Assembly: GCA_001179505.1 (NCBI GenBank)
Contig: CDMY01000612.1
Location: forward strand, 1 to 42,979
DNA length: 42,979 nt
Source of the DNA: Vitrella brassicaformis CCMP3155
Taxonomy: Eukaryota; Protista; Chromerida
Reading direction: 5' to 3'
Below the pieces are notes generated by a model that worked only from the letters and a program-made list of their open reading frames with translations, was not told the origin of the DNA and searched no databases. Shown in pieces: positions 12,401-24,499 of the stretch. Position numbers and translations under genes: made by a program. Position 1 is the first letter of the stretch; every line of letters starts with the position of its first letter.

Positions 12401-14623
12401 TCACCCACACGACTGTGTCTATGTGTGCAATGTGATGCAATCAATGTGATGTGTGTGTATGTGCATGTAATGTATGTGCGTATGGATGGCATGTAAGAAG
12501 GCATCAAAAAGGGGCCGGCTCATCCCCCTGTCTGCCAATCCATCCATCCATCCACTTGTTCATGTCGGCCGACTGCCTCTCTCATCGCTCACTCAGTCAC
12601 TCACTCTGTCTGTCTGTCTGTCAACAATCAGCCTTGCCCCTCACACACGCACGACACGCATCGAGAGAGAGTATGTAAAACCGCCCACAGAGACTGCCCC
12701 CAGCCACCCCGCCAACCACCCATCCAGTGCAAAACAATCTCTGACGGTCAAGTCAATCAGGGAGCGGTAGACCGATGGATGGATGGATGGATGGCACGGC
12801 TCGTTTCAAAGGACACCGTGTGCACTCGGTTCAAAATCAACCCGCCAGCACCAGCACCACCAGCAGCACCACCACCAGCAGCAGTAAGCACGCAACGGAA
12901 GGCAGCATCCAGCAGCGGCAGCAGCAGCAGCAGCATCAGCGATATTATGGTCATGGTAACAAAGGTAGGCTAGAGGCAAAAATTAGGAACGAACGAACGA
13001 ACCGCATCCCCGCGTCCACCCATATGCCCCTCAATCCCTCCATTGTGGTAGGTCACACACACACACACACACACAGACACACACACGCGTGAAGGGCCTC
13101 ACTCACCTCACCTCACTCATGCAAGCCATGACGGCACGTGGCCATTCATTGTCTCACCATTCATTGCTCATTCATTCTTCATCACTGCACGTCACTCACG
13201 TCGATAAACCGACCCGGCCGTGTGTAGGTGTGGGGTATGGGGTGGGTGTGTGAGTGGGGAGGGAGGGAGGCAGATGAATGAAAGGAAAAATAGCACCCAA
13301 GGCATACATACCATACACGCAGGCAGCCAGGCAGGCAGGCAGGCACGAGAGCTGAGCTGGATGAGCCAGACAGACAGCTTGGGTGGGGTAAGGTAAGGTA
13401 AGGTAAGGTGAGGTGAGGTGGGATGGGGTGAAGAAAAGACTGTTGTGTTGTGTTGCGTTGCCTTGCGTTGCATCGCGTCTTCTCCCTGTACCTAACTGCC
13501 TGCATGCCTCTGATGGCTAGATTCTGCCAAGGCAGAGGAGTGCAGGCCAGGCCAGGCGGGACACTAAGCACAGCACAGACGGCACCAACACAACACAACA
13601 CATCATGGCGTGGGGTGTAGGGCGTTCTGACTGCAAAATACTGCGCGCGTGGACAGACAGACAGGCAGATGGGCAGGCAGGCAGGCAGTCGCTCATGGAA
13701 GCGGGCAGACAGACAGATCACCGGGTGGAGGAATGAGTGGATGAGTGGAGAAAAATAGGTCCCCCGGAAACGAACGCATTGCATTCATTCATCACATCAT
13801 CATTCAGCACGAGAGACCTCGGGGTGAGATGAGATGAGATACATGAGTGTCCGCTCAGTCATGCAGTCAGTTATTGTCCCCTCTTCCCCCCACCCCTCTT
13901 CCCCCACCACCCCCACCACCACACACATGTCCGTCATCATGAAAAGAAAAAAACAAAACACACACACACACACCACACCACACCACACCGATCGATCGAT
14001 CGATCGACGCACATCCAGCCACCCCCCACGCACACACGGCAGCGCATGAATTACCTACCAGCGAGGCAAGTCTCCAGACAGGCAGGCAGGCAGGCAGGGG
14101 GTTGAGTGGTGTGCGTCTGTTCTGTCAGTCAGTATGGATTGCATGGCATGCAGAGGTTACGTACCCCGCTGGATGGTCTGCATACCTATGCAGACGGTCC
14201 AGCAGCCACACATTGACAACACAGTAAGTGGAGGAAAGACAGCCAGCCAGCCAGGTACGTAGCTGTCTCTAGCTTACGATATAACAACACCATCCATCCA
14301 TCCATCCCATGCACCAACGAAGGCAGCACAAATGTGGCACGGCGCTCCTTTCCCCTTCGCTCCCTCCCGTCCAACATGCTTACCCTTTACCTCGATCGAA
14401 CCACCAGGCATCCCCACCAGCAAAAATGCCGAATCCTCTTCTCCCATCCATCCATCCATCCAAACAACCAAGCCAAAGAACTTCACACATCACGCTTTCA
14501 TTGACGGAGAAAACACCATGGAGGCAGCCAGGCAGATAGACAGACAGACAGACAGATAGATAGAAACCAGCCGGCCAGCCCACTCCTCCCCTCCCTCTTT
14601 CCCTCCCCTCCCTCCCCCCTCCC
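9460..14623. other. ~5.1 kb microsatellite-dense region with no convincing CDS (UTR, intergenic or lncRNA)
   Basis: Contains (CA)n, (GGCA)n, (GGAC)n, (CAGT)n, (GGAT)n, (GGTAA)n, CAG/CCAGCA runs and (GATC)n. The ORFs here translate as HTHT/CVCV/PSIH repeat artefacts. Confidence 0.6.
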
Positions 14624-17600
14624 TCACAGCACCCAGGCAGCAATCACGCTGATGTCGTCCATCTTGCCCCCCTGGTAGAAGCCCCCCGCCCGCCGAGCAT
14701 TCTTGGCGAAGGGCGTGCGGGCTCGCGGGTCGGTCGAGCGGTAGAAGGCCGCCTCTGCTATGGCGCGTGCTATCAGCTGGGGGGGCGTGGGCAAGATGGG
14801 AAAGGGGTACGGCTGCTGGTGGGCGCTCTCGCGGTCGCCACGGTCGCCGCCGCCCCCCATGGCCGCCGCGATGGCCTCGGCGGCGAATGCCTCCTCCTGC
14901 AGTCGTCTGAGGGACTTGGAGTGGCGCATGCCGGTCTGTGTGTGTGAGGTGCCACATGGGGAGGCGGCGAGGGAGGCGGCGTGGGGGAGGTCGGATGGGG
15001 AGCGCTGCTGCATCTTGACCCCTTCCTTGAGGGCCCGGGCCTCGCATGGCGAGAGGGCCAGCGAGGCCAGGCCGCTGATCTCGTAGTCGAACAGGTTATC
15101 AAACACACCTGTTGATCGATCGCATCAGTGACGGACATACAAGGTGGGTGAGGTGAGTTGGTGGAGTGAGTGAGTGAGGGACGGACGCCTCTTGCTGTGC
15201 ATCTATGTGTGTGTGTGTATACCGTCGGTGCCCATGATGATGAGGTCTCCTTCCATCAGGGAGATGGTGTACAGGTCGGCCATCGACGGGCTGTCGGGCT
15301 TGTGCACCGCACTCTGAACCACTCTGAACACGCAGACAAAGGCACACCACCACACCGATCGATCGACGAGTGTTCGTTCCCACGTGCAACCACACACGCG
15401 TGCTCACCTGACTAGCTTGTCCTTTCCCGCCGCAATGAGATCCGGGAAGTCCTCCTCAGTGGGCAGACGGCTCAGTTGGTACGGACTGGACATACATACG
15501 CACGCACGCACCCACACACGCGGAGAATGGGCGACATGTGTTGGTGGTGTCGCGGTGTTGCATACCAGTTGAAGAAGTGCTGCTGCTCGCGCGTACGGGA
15601 CACGACCGTGAAGTGGCGGCTCTTGCGATGACGTCTGCAAACGGACACACGCCACGCCACGCCATGCCACCCATGTGTGTGGTGTGTGCAGATCCCACCC
15701 TGGCACGTGCGTGTGCGTACCTAAGCACGAGCACACAGCTGTCCCCCAGGTTGGCCACCCCGAGGTGCGACCGCTGCTCGTCCATGAGTGCGACGGACGC
15801 CGTGCTGCTGCCGAACGCCCGTGTGTTCTCGTACCCCACCTCGAGCATCCGCAGAGCCTTCTCACACACCGGCAGGCTGAAGTAGCTCATCGGCAGCCGA
15901 CGGTCCAGCTGCGGCGTGCTCCCCGCCTGGGGGTGTCCGCGGCCGCGGGTGCCGCTGCCCAGGTGGTAGGGCGGGCCGAGTCCCCGCCATCCGCCAGGCT
16001 TGTCTGCGTTGAAGATCTCGGGGTTGTTGCGTGAGGCGATGAGCTCGGCGACGGCCTGGCAGCCCTGCATCAGCTCCTCAGCGAAGATGCGGGGGTTGCA
16101 GCCCACCTCGCCCCACTCACCTGAATGAAGCAATGACAGAGAGAGATAGGGGGGAGGGGAGGCAAAAGGGAGATTGATAGCTGCCTGTATGTATCCATGG
16201 GTGGGAGAGGGCTCTTGTGTTGGTGGAGGCGTGCTTACCGACGCCGTCAGCGATGCCCATGGCGCCGTTGGCCCAGTCAGCGATGAAGCAAGCGTCCTCG
16301 CCACTGATGGATGGGATGGATCGATGGAGGGATGCACACACCAGACCAACGTACGCACAGGTGTCGTGAGTGATTGGTGTCTCTCGCTGCCGTCTCACTC
16401 ACTCACCCCGAGTGCGCCTTGTCAGGTCTGGGAATCATCCACACGCCGCTGCACATCCGCAACCCGGTCTGCCGGCGGTGGAAGAACGACCGCAACGCCT
16501 GATCGCGCTCGCTCTCGCTCTCGCTCGTCGCCCCGCTGATGTCCTTCTCAGTCACCGTCCCAGCGCTCTGCCGCAGGAGTTCCTCGTTCTGCCCGTGCTT
16601 CTGCATCTCGCTCCAGCGGCGCTCGAGCGCCTCGAGATCTACGATGTCGACCAGGTCTTGCAGCAGCCACAGCACGCGGCAGCGGTCCTTCATGTCCTGG
16701 TTGGGCATCAGATGGTGCGTCACAGAGGTGGGCCAGTAGTCCACCGTCGGGCTGGACACTGATATCGACGACGTCAGCGGAGCCGACTCGGACGGCGGCA
16801 GGCTGGCCAGTGGGGGCAGAGAGCCCGGGATGGCCGGGAGGTCGGTGCCGCTGCGAGTGGGGATGCTCGAGCCCGGGCGGCTGCTCAGCACCGAGTTGAC
16901 GCACGGGACGGGCTCGTCTTCCTCCCCTGAGTGGCTGCCGCCGGTCTTGGTCGACACGCAGGACGACGGCCTTCTCTCGCCGTTGGCCGTGCCCACGCTG
17001 GCGCTCTCACTGTGGTCCATGAGTGTCTCGGCGTCGGAGAAGGTGCTGCGCTGCTCGTCCATGTCCATCATCGACACGCTGCTCGTCCCGTCGCCAGACG
17101 AACTTCCGCTCTCCTTGCGCGTGCGGCCCTCCTGCTGCTGCTCGTCCGGGGGGCCCTCCTCACGCCCGTCGCTCCCTGTCTGCCCCTGCGCAGCCAGGAT
17201 GGCCACTGCACTGCCATGCGGGCCTCTCCGCCAACGCGGCTGCCGCGGGGCTCCACACGGGGGCGCGGGTGCTGCAGCGCCCTCATGCATGCCAGTTGGC
17301 TGGGTGGGCCGAGCCCCAGGGACGGTCATGCCGGGTGCCGTCATGCGTCTGAGGTGGCCGAATGGCGACATACGTGGGGGTGAGGGTGGTTCGGGGCCTG
17401 GGTATGGTGGAGGGGGTGGGGGGCTCTCGTCCTCGGGCAGAGAGGGGAGGGCGCGGGCGGGGCGAGGGACGGGCTGACGGGCCTGGTCGAGACGCTCCGT
17501 CATGCTGCACAGAGGAGGACAAGGCACATCATGACACAGGTCGAGCTAGAGGGCTCTTGTGGTCCTCATCTGGTCTGGTCGCGTAGGGTACCTGAGTGTG

Positions 17601-20450
17601 TCGGCAGTGTGTCTCTTGTGTCCATCCCTGACGACCGGCACGAACGCCATCCCACCACCAGCCACCTTGCCATACGCCACAACACCGCTGCTGCCACCGT
17701 TCTGCGGCTGCGCCTCAGCAGGGGGAAACACGGGAGGCCTCACCCTGCCGCCCCACATGTGACCCTCTGCCTCCAGTGGCGAAGCCGGCGAGGTCGGGCT
17801 GGGGCTCGGGCTGCTCGACGATGGCGTCGACGTGACTACCGGCGGTGGCGGGGGCACCGGCACACTCCGCCCTTTGTCCTTGAGGATACTGCTGAGCCCG
17901 CCTCGGGTCGCCTTGACGGTGCTGGTGCGCCCGCCGCGCCGCTGGAAGGCAGGGGTCGACATGGACTGAGTGGGCGGTCCGGGCAGAACCGGCTCCACNN
18001 NNNNNNNNNNNNNNNNNNNNNNNNNNNNNNNNNNNNNNNNNNNNNNNNNNNNNNNNNNNNNNNNNNNNNNNNNNNNNNNNNNNNNNNNNNNNNNNNNNNN
18101 NNNNNNNNNNNNNNNNNNNNNNNNNNNNNNNNNNNNNNNNNNNNNNNNNNNNNNNNNNNNNNNNNNNNNNNNNNNNNNNNNNNNNNNNNNNNNNNNNNNN
18201 NNNNNNNNNNNNNNNNNNNNNNNNNNNNNNNNNNNNNNNNNNNNNNNNNNNNNNNNNNNNNNNNNNNNNNNNNNNNNNNNNNNNNNNNNNNNNNNNNNCC
18301 CGCCGCGCCGCTGGAAGGCAGGGGTCGACATGGACTGAGTGGGCGGTCCGGGCAGAACCGGCTCCACTGCTGGTGGAGGGGGAGGGGGTGGGGGCGGGGG
18401 TGGGGGAGGCGGCTGGTGCTTGGCGGGGGGAGGGAAGGGTGGTGGGGGTGGCGGGACGGCCTGCTCATCCATTCGTCTCTCGAAGGCCATCTCGTCTGCA
18501 TCGGATCTCGTCAGTAGGGGTAGGAGTGGGGGTTGCTGGGGTGGGTGTGAACCGGTGGGTGCAGGTGCAGGTGCAGGGGGTGGTTCAGGGGACGCTGATC
18601 TGCTGCGGGCCGAGTGCTCGGGCGAGGAGCCAGTGGGCAGCGACTGACAGGACGACTGAGACGAAAGGGAGACGGACACCTCCTGCTCAATCACCCTGAC
18701 GGCCCCGGACGCTACGGACACCTCCGACACCGATATGGCCAGTGAGTCGACATCCGACTGGTAAGATGACACAGACGCACCCCTCGCACGGTCTCTCAAA
18801 GCCTCTGCAGGTAAGGGAGGGGCAGGGGGAGGGGGCGGGGGCGGGGGCGACGGGGCGGCTGCGGTGCGATGCGGCTCAGGCGACCGGTCGTCTGGCGTGT
18901 CACTCGGCACTAAACGGAAGCCGAACCTCGAGAACTCGGGCGTCGTCTCATCCCGCTCAACCTCCCTCCCAGCCTTGCCCTCGCCCTTGCCCTTCTCCCC
19001 CTTGGCCGTGTCGTCACCCTCATCTGGAGGCGGGCGGGCGAGAGGCGGCGCAGATGACCTCAGCGAGGGGGGCGGGCAGCAGACCTTGGCCTCCACATCC
19101 CTATCACGGGTAGTGCTCCCGCTGCTGTCGCTACCCGTTGAGGTGCTCCCGCCCTTGCTGCCGTCTCCGCCACCCTCCTGCTGCTGTTGCTGCTGTTTCC
19201 CATCTTCCTTGTCCCCCTGAGGCGTGCTGGTCCCCTCGCTCATCGGGGTGGGCCGATCCGTGACGTCCGCCGCCGGCCGAGAGCCGTTGATGCCCATGGT
19301 GCTCAGGAATCCTACACTGCCCTCCTGACCTCCAGCCATGCCCGTCGCCTGCCTCCCCGGCACACCTGGCTGTGCGGGTCCCTCGGCTGCTGCCTGTGTG
19401 ACAGCCGCCGGCAGTGGCTGGGGCAGGGGGACTCCCGTGCCGGTCACCATCGGACATGCCGTGGCCATGCCGTCGGGGGTCATAGCCTGGGTGTATGGCG
19501 CCCCGGCCTTGCCCTTCTTGGCCATGCCGACGAGACTCTGCCGCAGCCGGCGCTGCATGTACGGGAACGACAGCCGCAGGCCGCGCAGATCCTCGTCGCC
19601 GATGAGTGCCTTCTGCCCCACCGCCAAGTCGATGGCGCTCATCTGGATCCCGCCGCTGCCGCCGCCGCCGTCTTCTCCTCCAATGGCCGTGGACACGGCC
19701 ATCATGTGTCTCATGGTCTCGCGCTCGGTGAAGGACACGACGGCGTGCTGGGGAGGGGGAGACGGGGTGTCCTCCGAGTTGTCAGACGAGCCACCATGCG
19801 ACAGAGAGCTGTCGGCGCTCTCCGTATCGACGTCCTGATTGAGAACCGATGGGCTCATGACGGGCGGCGGGGTCAGCGGCGCCCGGCTGGTGCGCCTCAC
19901 CGCACCTTCTGGCAGCTGGATGCTCCGAAACTCCCTCGCGGCCGCCGGCTTGGGAGCGTCGCTTTCTGGCTCTGGCCTCTTCGCTGCCTGGGCTGCGGGC
20001 GGCACTGCTGATGACGGACCGGCCTGCTGCTGCGCGAGAGGCTGGTCGTGAGACGGTGTTTCCTCGACGATAGGAGGGGGAGAGGGCGGGTGCTGGGTCA
20101 ACGGCGACGGTGTGGGATGTGTTGCGCCTTCCGGACGATTGGTCATAACACGGAAGGGCCGCTGACTGTTGCCACGCTCCAGAAAACTGCACGAAAGGCA
20201 CGCAGGCAGAAGAACCGACAGGAGAGTGAGAACGGGCTCCACTGGATGATTGCGGCTGTGTCTCGTGTGTGATGTCGTCTTACAATAGCGCTCCGTGCAC
20301 GTGGGCATGCAGCGGGTGCTGTGGTACGCGGTTGAGGGCGTCGGCAATCCTGAGGAACTCCTCCTTCTCAGCGGCTTCTAAACTCGCAGCTGCAGGGCCA
20401 CTCGCTGACGTGAGGCTGGCTGTCCGTCCAACATCACAACGCTCCTGCAT
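14624..20450 (-). CDS. PP2C-family phosphatase, PTC7/PPTC7 type, with a >1000 aa Pro/Ser-rich N-terminal extension
   Basis: Spliced catalytic motifs: PRPDKAHSGGEDACF, ADGVGEW, SSTASV..ANLGDS, QQHFFNCPYQL, GDLIIMGTDGVFDNLFD, GGKMDDISV. Upstream exons 20450-~20277, 20186-17592 and 17504-~16407 join in frame. An N-gap lies within exon 2. Confidence 0.88.
17999..18298. other. Assembly gap (300 N) with duplicated flanks
   Basis: 17930-17998 is repeated exactly starting at 18299 (offset 369 bp, in frame), which is typical of overlapping contig ends. Confidence 0.9.
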
Positions 20451-20903
20451 CTAACGCCCCTGCATCCCACACGCACGCACACCCACACCAGACAGCACAC
20501 ACGCACGCACGCCGTCGGTCAATCACGGCGAACCAGTCCGAGACCCATCTGTGTGTTTGTGTTGTGTCGAGGTGACTGACCTGATGTGAACAAGCGTCAG
20601 AGGTCCCTCGCTCCACACACATGACGATGTATCACGCGCAAACGGCAGGAAGGACGCCCTCGTGAGGTGGTGGGAGTGGTTCGTGGCGGGGTTCGTGGCG
20701 AAAGCGGTCCTTACGTTCTCGAAAATGGCAGGTGCAGTGGTATTCACGACGTGCAGCAGAGTCAGAGTCAGAGTCACACTCTCATTCTCAACTTATCCTG
20801 AGGCCAATTGTCCTCCCCCTTCGTTTCGCGTAACGAATTAGTTTTTCAGCTCGCACTTCCGATAATACCTTCATGGGACAGAGGACTTCAGCCGTCAGGC
20901 CGC

Positions 20904-22355
20904 ATGCTGCCGATACCTATGTGCCCTTTCCTTCCCTCCCTGCTGCTTTTGTTCGTGCCGTCTGATGCATTCGTTCCAAGGCGTCCGCTACTGTCGTCAT
21001 CCCACCATGCGGCTCGGCGGTGCTGCTCCCGTAGATCCCTCGTGTCGATGGACGGCGAACAAGATCAGATCCCGAAGCCGCCGGTGCGCCACGACCCCAA
21101 CATCCCCCCCGGGTCCCAGCGGATACCGCTGTACCCCGCCCACAGGCGGACGCCGTGGAACTCGTACAACTATGACTTCTGCAAGGGCATGAGGATCCCC
21201 GACCTCGAGAGGAAGCCACCGGAGGAGAGGAAGATGCCCATCAGGTACCACCCCCTGACCGGCGAGGAGCTGCCCGGCCCTCGGTTCATGGCCGTGCCGC
21301 CCGAGATCTTCGCCCTCGACTTCGACGGGGTCATCTGCACCAGCCACAAGGAGAGCATGCTGTCGGCTTATGCTGCGTGCAAGGCTCTGTGGCCTGAGAG
21401 GTTTCGCTGGGACACGATGCCCTTCTGGCTGATGGAACGGGTGCGTCACGCCCGGCCGGTGATCGAGACGGGCTATGAGACGCTGCTGGTGATGCGGTGG
21501 CTGGTGGAGGAGATGCTGGCGGTAGAGGAGCAGTACGGCTACAGCATCGACGACAAACCCATGTACTTCCCGTGGCGAGTGCGCATGCTGGAGAGCGAGT
21601 GGGGTCCGGCCTTCCGGGACGGTCTGATGGACAGATACGGCGCTTCGAAAGAGGAGCTCATGGCTGCTTTCAGCAGCGCGCGTGACGAGTGGATTGCCCG
21701 CAACGTGACTGACTGGCTGGCGCACAACGACTTCAACTACGGCATGATCGACATCATCCGCTACGTGACCGAGATCTTCGAGAAGAAGGTGCACATCGTG
21801 TCGACCAAGCAGGACAAGTACATCCGGCTGCTGCTCGAACACGCCGGCCTCAACGTGTCACTTGCCGCGGGGCTTATCGAGATCTACGGCCTGGGTCAGG
21901 GGAGCAAGCCAGACATTCTATACAACTTGCAGCAGGAGCAGGGCATCCAAGGCGTGCCCATGCACTTCGTTGAGGACCGCCTTGAAACCCTTCTCCAGTG
22001 CGCAGCCGACCCGCGGCTGGACTTGGCCCGGCTGTATTTCGCCAAGTGGGGCTACTCGAACGCCGATCAGAAGCTGCTGGCCATCGAGCACCCCCGGGTT
22101 CGGTGCGTCAACACCGTGGAGATGATCGCACTCATGTGTTTCCCCGCCGACACGCCCGGCCGCAAGTGGATATGGGGGTATGAGACCCCTCCTCGGGTGC
22201 CATTTGGGATGGAGCTGGTGGGCATGTCTGGCGGGTACGGGTCTTGGGAAAGCAACCCCGACACGATGAACGAGGAGGTGGACCGAGACGTGCGGTGGGA
22301 CCCCTTCAGAGGCATCGGCAGCACAATGAATGAGGAATGGATCGGCGGCACTTGA
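20904..22355 (+). CDS. Intronless HAD-superfamily hydrolase (cyanobacterial/plant-plastid type) with a bipartite plastid-targeting leader
   Basis: HAD motifs ALDFDGVIC (DxD), VSTK, GSKP and FVEDRLETL, plus RPVIETGYETLL and YFAKWGY. The leader MCPFLPSLLLLFVPSDA|FVPRRPLLSSSHHAARR is a signal peptide with Phe at +1, followed by an R/S-rich transit-like stretch. The start could be 20904 or 20919. Confidence 0.88.
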   Translation: MLPIPMCPFLPSLLLLFVPSDAFVPRRPLLSSSHHAARRCCSRRSLVSMDGEQDQIPKPPVRHDPNIPPGSQRIPLYPAHRRTPWNSYNYDFCKGMRIPDLERKPPEERKMPIRYHPLTGEELPGPRFMAVPPEIFALDFDGVICTSHKESMLSAYAACKALWPERFRWDTMPFWLMERVRHARPVIETGYETLLVMRWLVEEMLAVEEQYGYSIDDKPMYFPWRVRMLESEWGPAFRDGLMDRYGASKEELMAAFSSARDEWIARNVTDWLAHNDFNYGMIDIIRYVTEIFEKKVHIVSTKQDKYIRLLLEHAGLNVSLAAGLIEIYGLGQGSKPDILYNLQQEQGIQGVPMHFVEDRLETLLQCAADPRLDLARLYFAKWGYSNADQKLLAIEHPRVRCVNTVEMIALMCFPADTPGRKWIWGYETPPRVPFGMELVGMSGGYGSWESNPDTMNEEVDRDVRWDPFRGIGSTMNEEWIGGT

Positions 22356-23259
22356 CCGATGGATCGCCGGGTCGCGGGGAGTGAGTGAGTGGATGGCAGA
22401 CAGACAGATGCGTGAGAAGATATGAAGGAAGGAAGCTAGCTGGAATTGATTGCATGCCATATGAGTGTTTGCCTTGCCAGTCAGCTGCCCTTTTCTGGGT
22501 GTTAAGAAGCGTTCCTGGCAGCGTTGCCTGAGAGGACCAAGGAGGCTTTTAATGCTTCTTCTTTCTGTAGAGGTATCTAGATAGCTACTGCAGTCAGTGT
22601 GGGGGGCGAGGGCGGGAGGCTCTAAGACCGTCTACATGAAGAGACATAAGGCATTGGTGAACGGATGTGATGTCGAGTGAAGATGTGTTGCGTCAATGTA
22701 ATGGAGCCGGAAGAGCTGCAATCTGGCCGGAGAGGGGGAGACGGACAGCAAAGGGCTGAGCGTTTTTCTGGCCTGACCGAGCGATTCGTCGTTTTTCGGC
22801 GATGCGCGGCAGAGAGCCAGACAGTACTAGCAACTGTTGTGGTTGCAGGCGGCGTGCAGACGGGTGTGGGACGCTGAGTGTTTGGGCGCCTGCCTGTTTG
22901 AGCGGGGCACCTGGCCTGTCTGCGATGACAATGCGGTCAATCCGTTGGGGATCTCTCTGTGTGTGTGTCGATCTGCGGCCGACAGGCACACACAGCTGTC
23001 CGTGTATGGGTGTGGAATGTCCATACGGTGAGGCCGACTGCCCGACTTGTTTGGTCCGCTCGTTCAACGAAAACGTGTGAGGTCTGTCATGCGCTCACTG
23101 ACCCCGACTCTCTGAGTTTGTCTGTCTGTCTGTCTCGGTGTGATCCTTCTTGATCGATCCCCCTTTCGCACACAGTCGTGAAAAGAAATAGCAGCCAGTC
23201 CAGCTCTGTCCACTCAGTCACTCAGCCGTCAGCTAGTGGGCTCCGTACATGAGGCTCAT

Positions 23260-24149
23260 CTACTCTTCCTCCCACTGGATCCTTTTCTCTGCCTTGAGGG
23301 CAGCCTCTGCATAGCAGATAGAAGACACACATCCGTGCATGTGTGTAGGTAGCGATCAAGTAGTTTAAAATGCAAACGGCGGGCGGGGGGGTCGGCAGGT
23401 ATTCTCATCCGTCTGTCTGTCTGTCTGTCTGTCTGAGAGTCTGACTCACTTCTGTCGGCGTTCCACTCCTTGTGTCCAGGCCAGATTTTGATGGTCAAAA
23501 CCTCTCCGTGGCCAAACCCCTCCGTTGACATGAGGTCAGCGCCCTGGAACGAACTCTACGGTGAGACGAACTCCTGTGTCACACGAGACAAGGCAAGGAC
23601 ACACACAGGATGGGACATGTTGTTGTTGCAAGCACATCTGAGTCGCTGTGGCTTGCTCCTTCTCACCACTTTCTCGGCCATGCACCAGGTCTCCGGACCG
23701 TTCAAGCCGACAGACATCACACCAGCTGAGTTGCAGTGTTTTTCAATGCCTCGCATGTGCCCTCTCCTTTGTCATCTGATCCCCTGGCCATCCGTATCTG
23801 TCGTCCGGAGAGACAGACAAAGGGCAGATATGAAACGCTCCCGCATCTAGCGATTCCTAGCTCACCTTGTTGACGACACAGGTCTGTTTGAGTGGGCACT
23901 CCATCCGATAGGACATGTAGTGTCCGTACGTCTGTGCCTGTGTGCAGACGACACAGAAGCGTCGTAAGGCCATCTTGTGCGACGTCTCACCGTTTTTTTG
24001 GTTCCCGTCAATTCGGTGTAGTAGGCTGTCATGCGGACTTTGCACGGTTGGGGCTGGATGTTCTTGCAAGTGGCCAAGGCGACGCAGGAGGCGACCACCA
24101 GGGCCTTAAGCAGAAGGGCCGGCATGACGGATGCCATCTGCAATGACAT
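23260..24149 (-). CDS. Small secreted Cys-containing protein, about 5 exons
   Basis: Signal peptide MASVMPALLLKALVVASCVALA; exons ..TELTGTKKT | AQTYGHYMSYRMECPLKQTCVVNK | ..GTCEALKNTATQL | ..FQGADLMSTEGFGHGEVLTIKIWPGHKEWNADR | KAALKAEKRIQWEEE*. The middle junctions are uncertain. Confidence 0.6.
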
Positions 24150-24499
24150 GTCAAACGGAACAGAGTCATCCCATCCTAATGGCACACTGTGACGGCGTGG
24201 CAGTCAGCCCCCGGCCGCCTCGTCTTTCTCACCGTCTCGAAAGCCGCAGGCAACTCAAATGGTGAAGGGAAGTCACACCCAAGAGGCTTCGGCACCGGAG
24301 ACCTTAAGGCGGCAGGCTCTGCGGCGCTTCCTGGCTTGGTGCGACGCGTTGTGTCACAAGGCCTCGTGGCAAAGCCCCCAGTGGCAGGCAGCCGGCTGCA
24401 ATATTGCTCAGACAGCGGAGAGGGGAAAGGGACAAAGCAGCCAGCGTCAAAGGTAATATTGTCAAAGGGGGGTCCCAAGGAGACGCCCCCAGACAAATT

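Noticed and set aside
9540-14559. Numerous 60-200 aa ORFs rich in CVCV, HTHT, PSIH or DGWM
   Set aside because: They are direct translations of microsatellites.
17930-18367. 69-bp direct repeat as a biological tandem duplication
   Set aside because: It flanks a fixed-size 300-N gap, so it is most likely a contig-end overlap.
22400-23200. ORFs between the HAD gene and the secreted-protein gene
   Set aside because: They are short, overlap in several frames, and show no consistent splice chain or domain.
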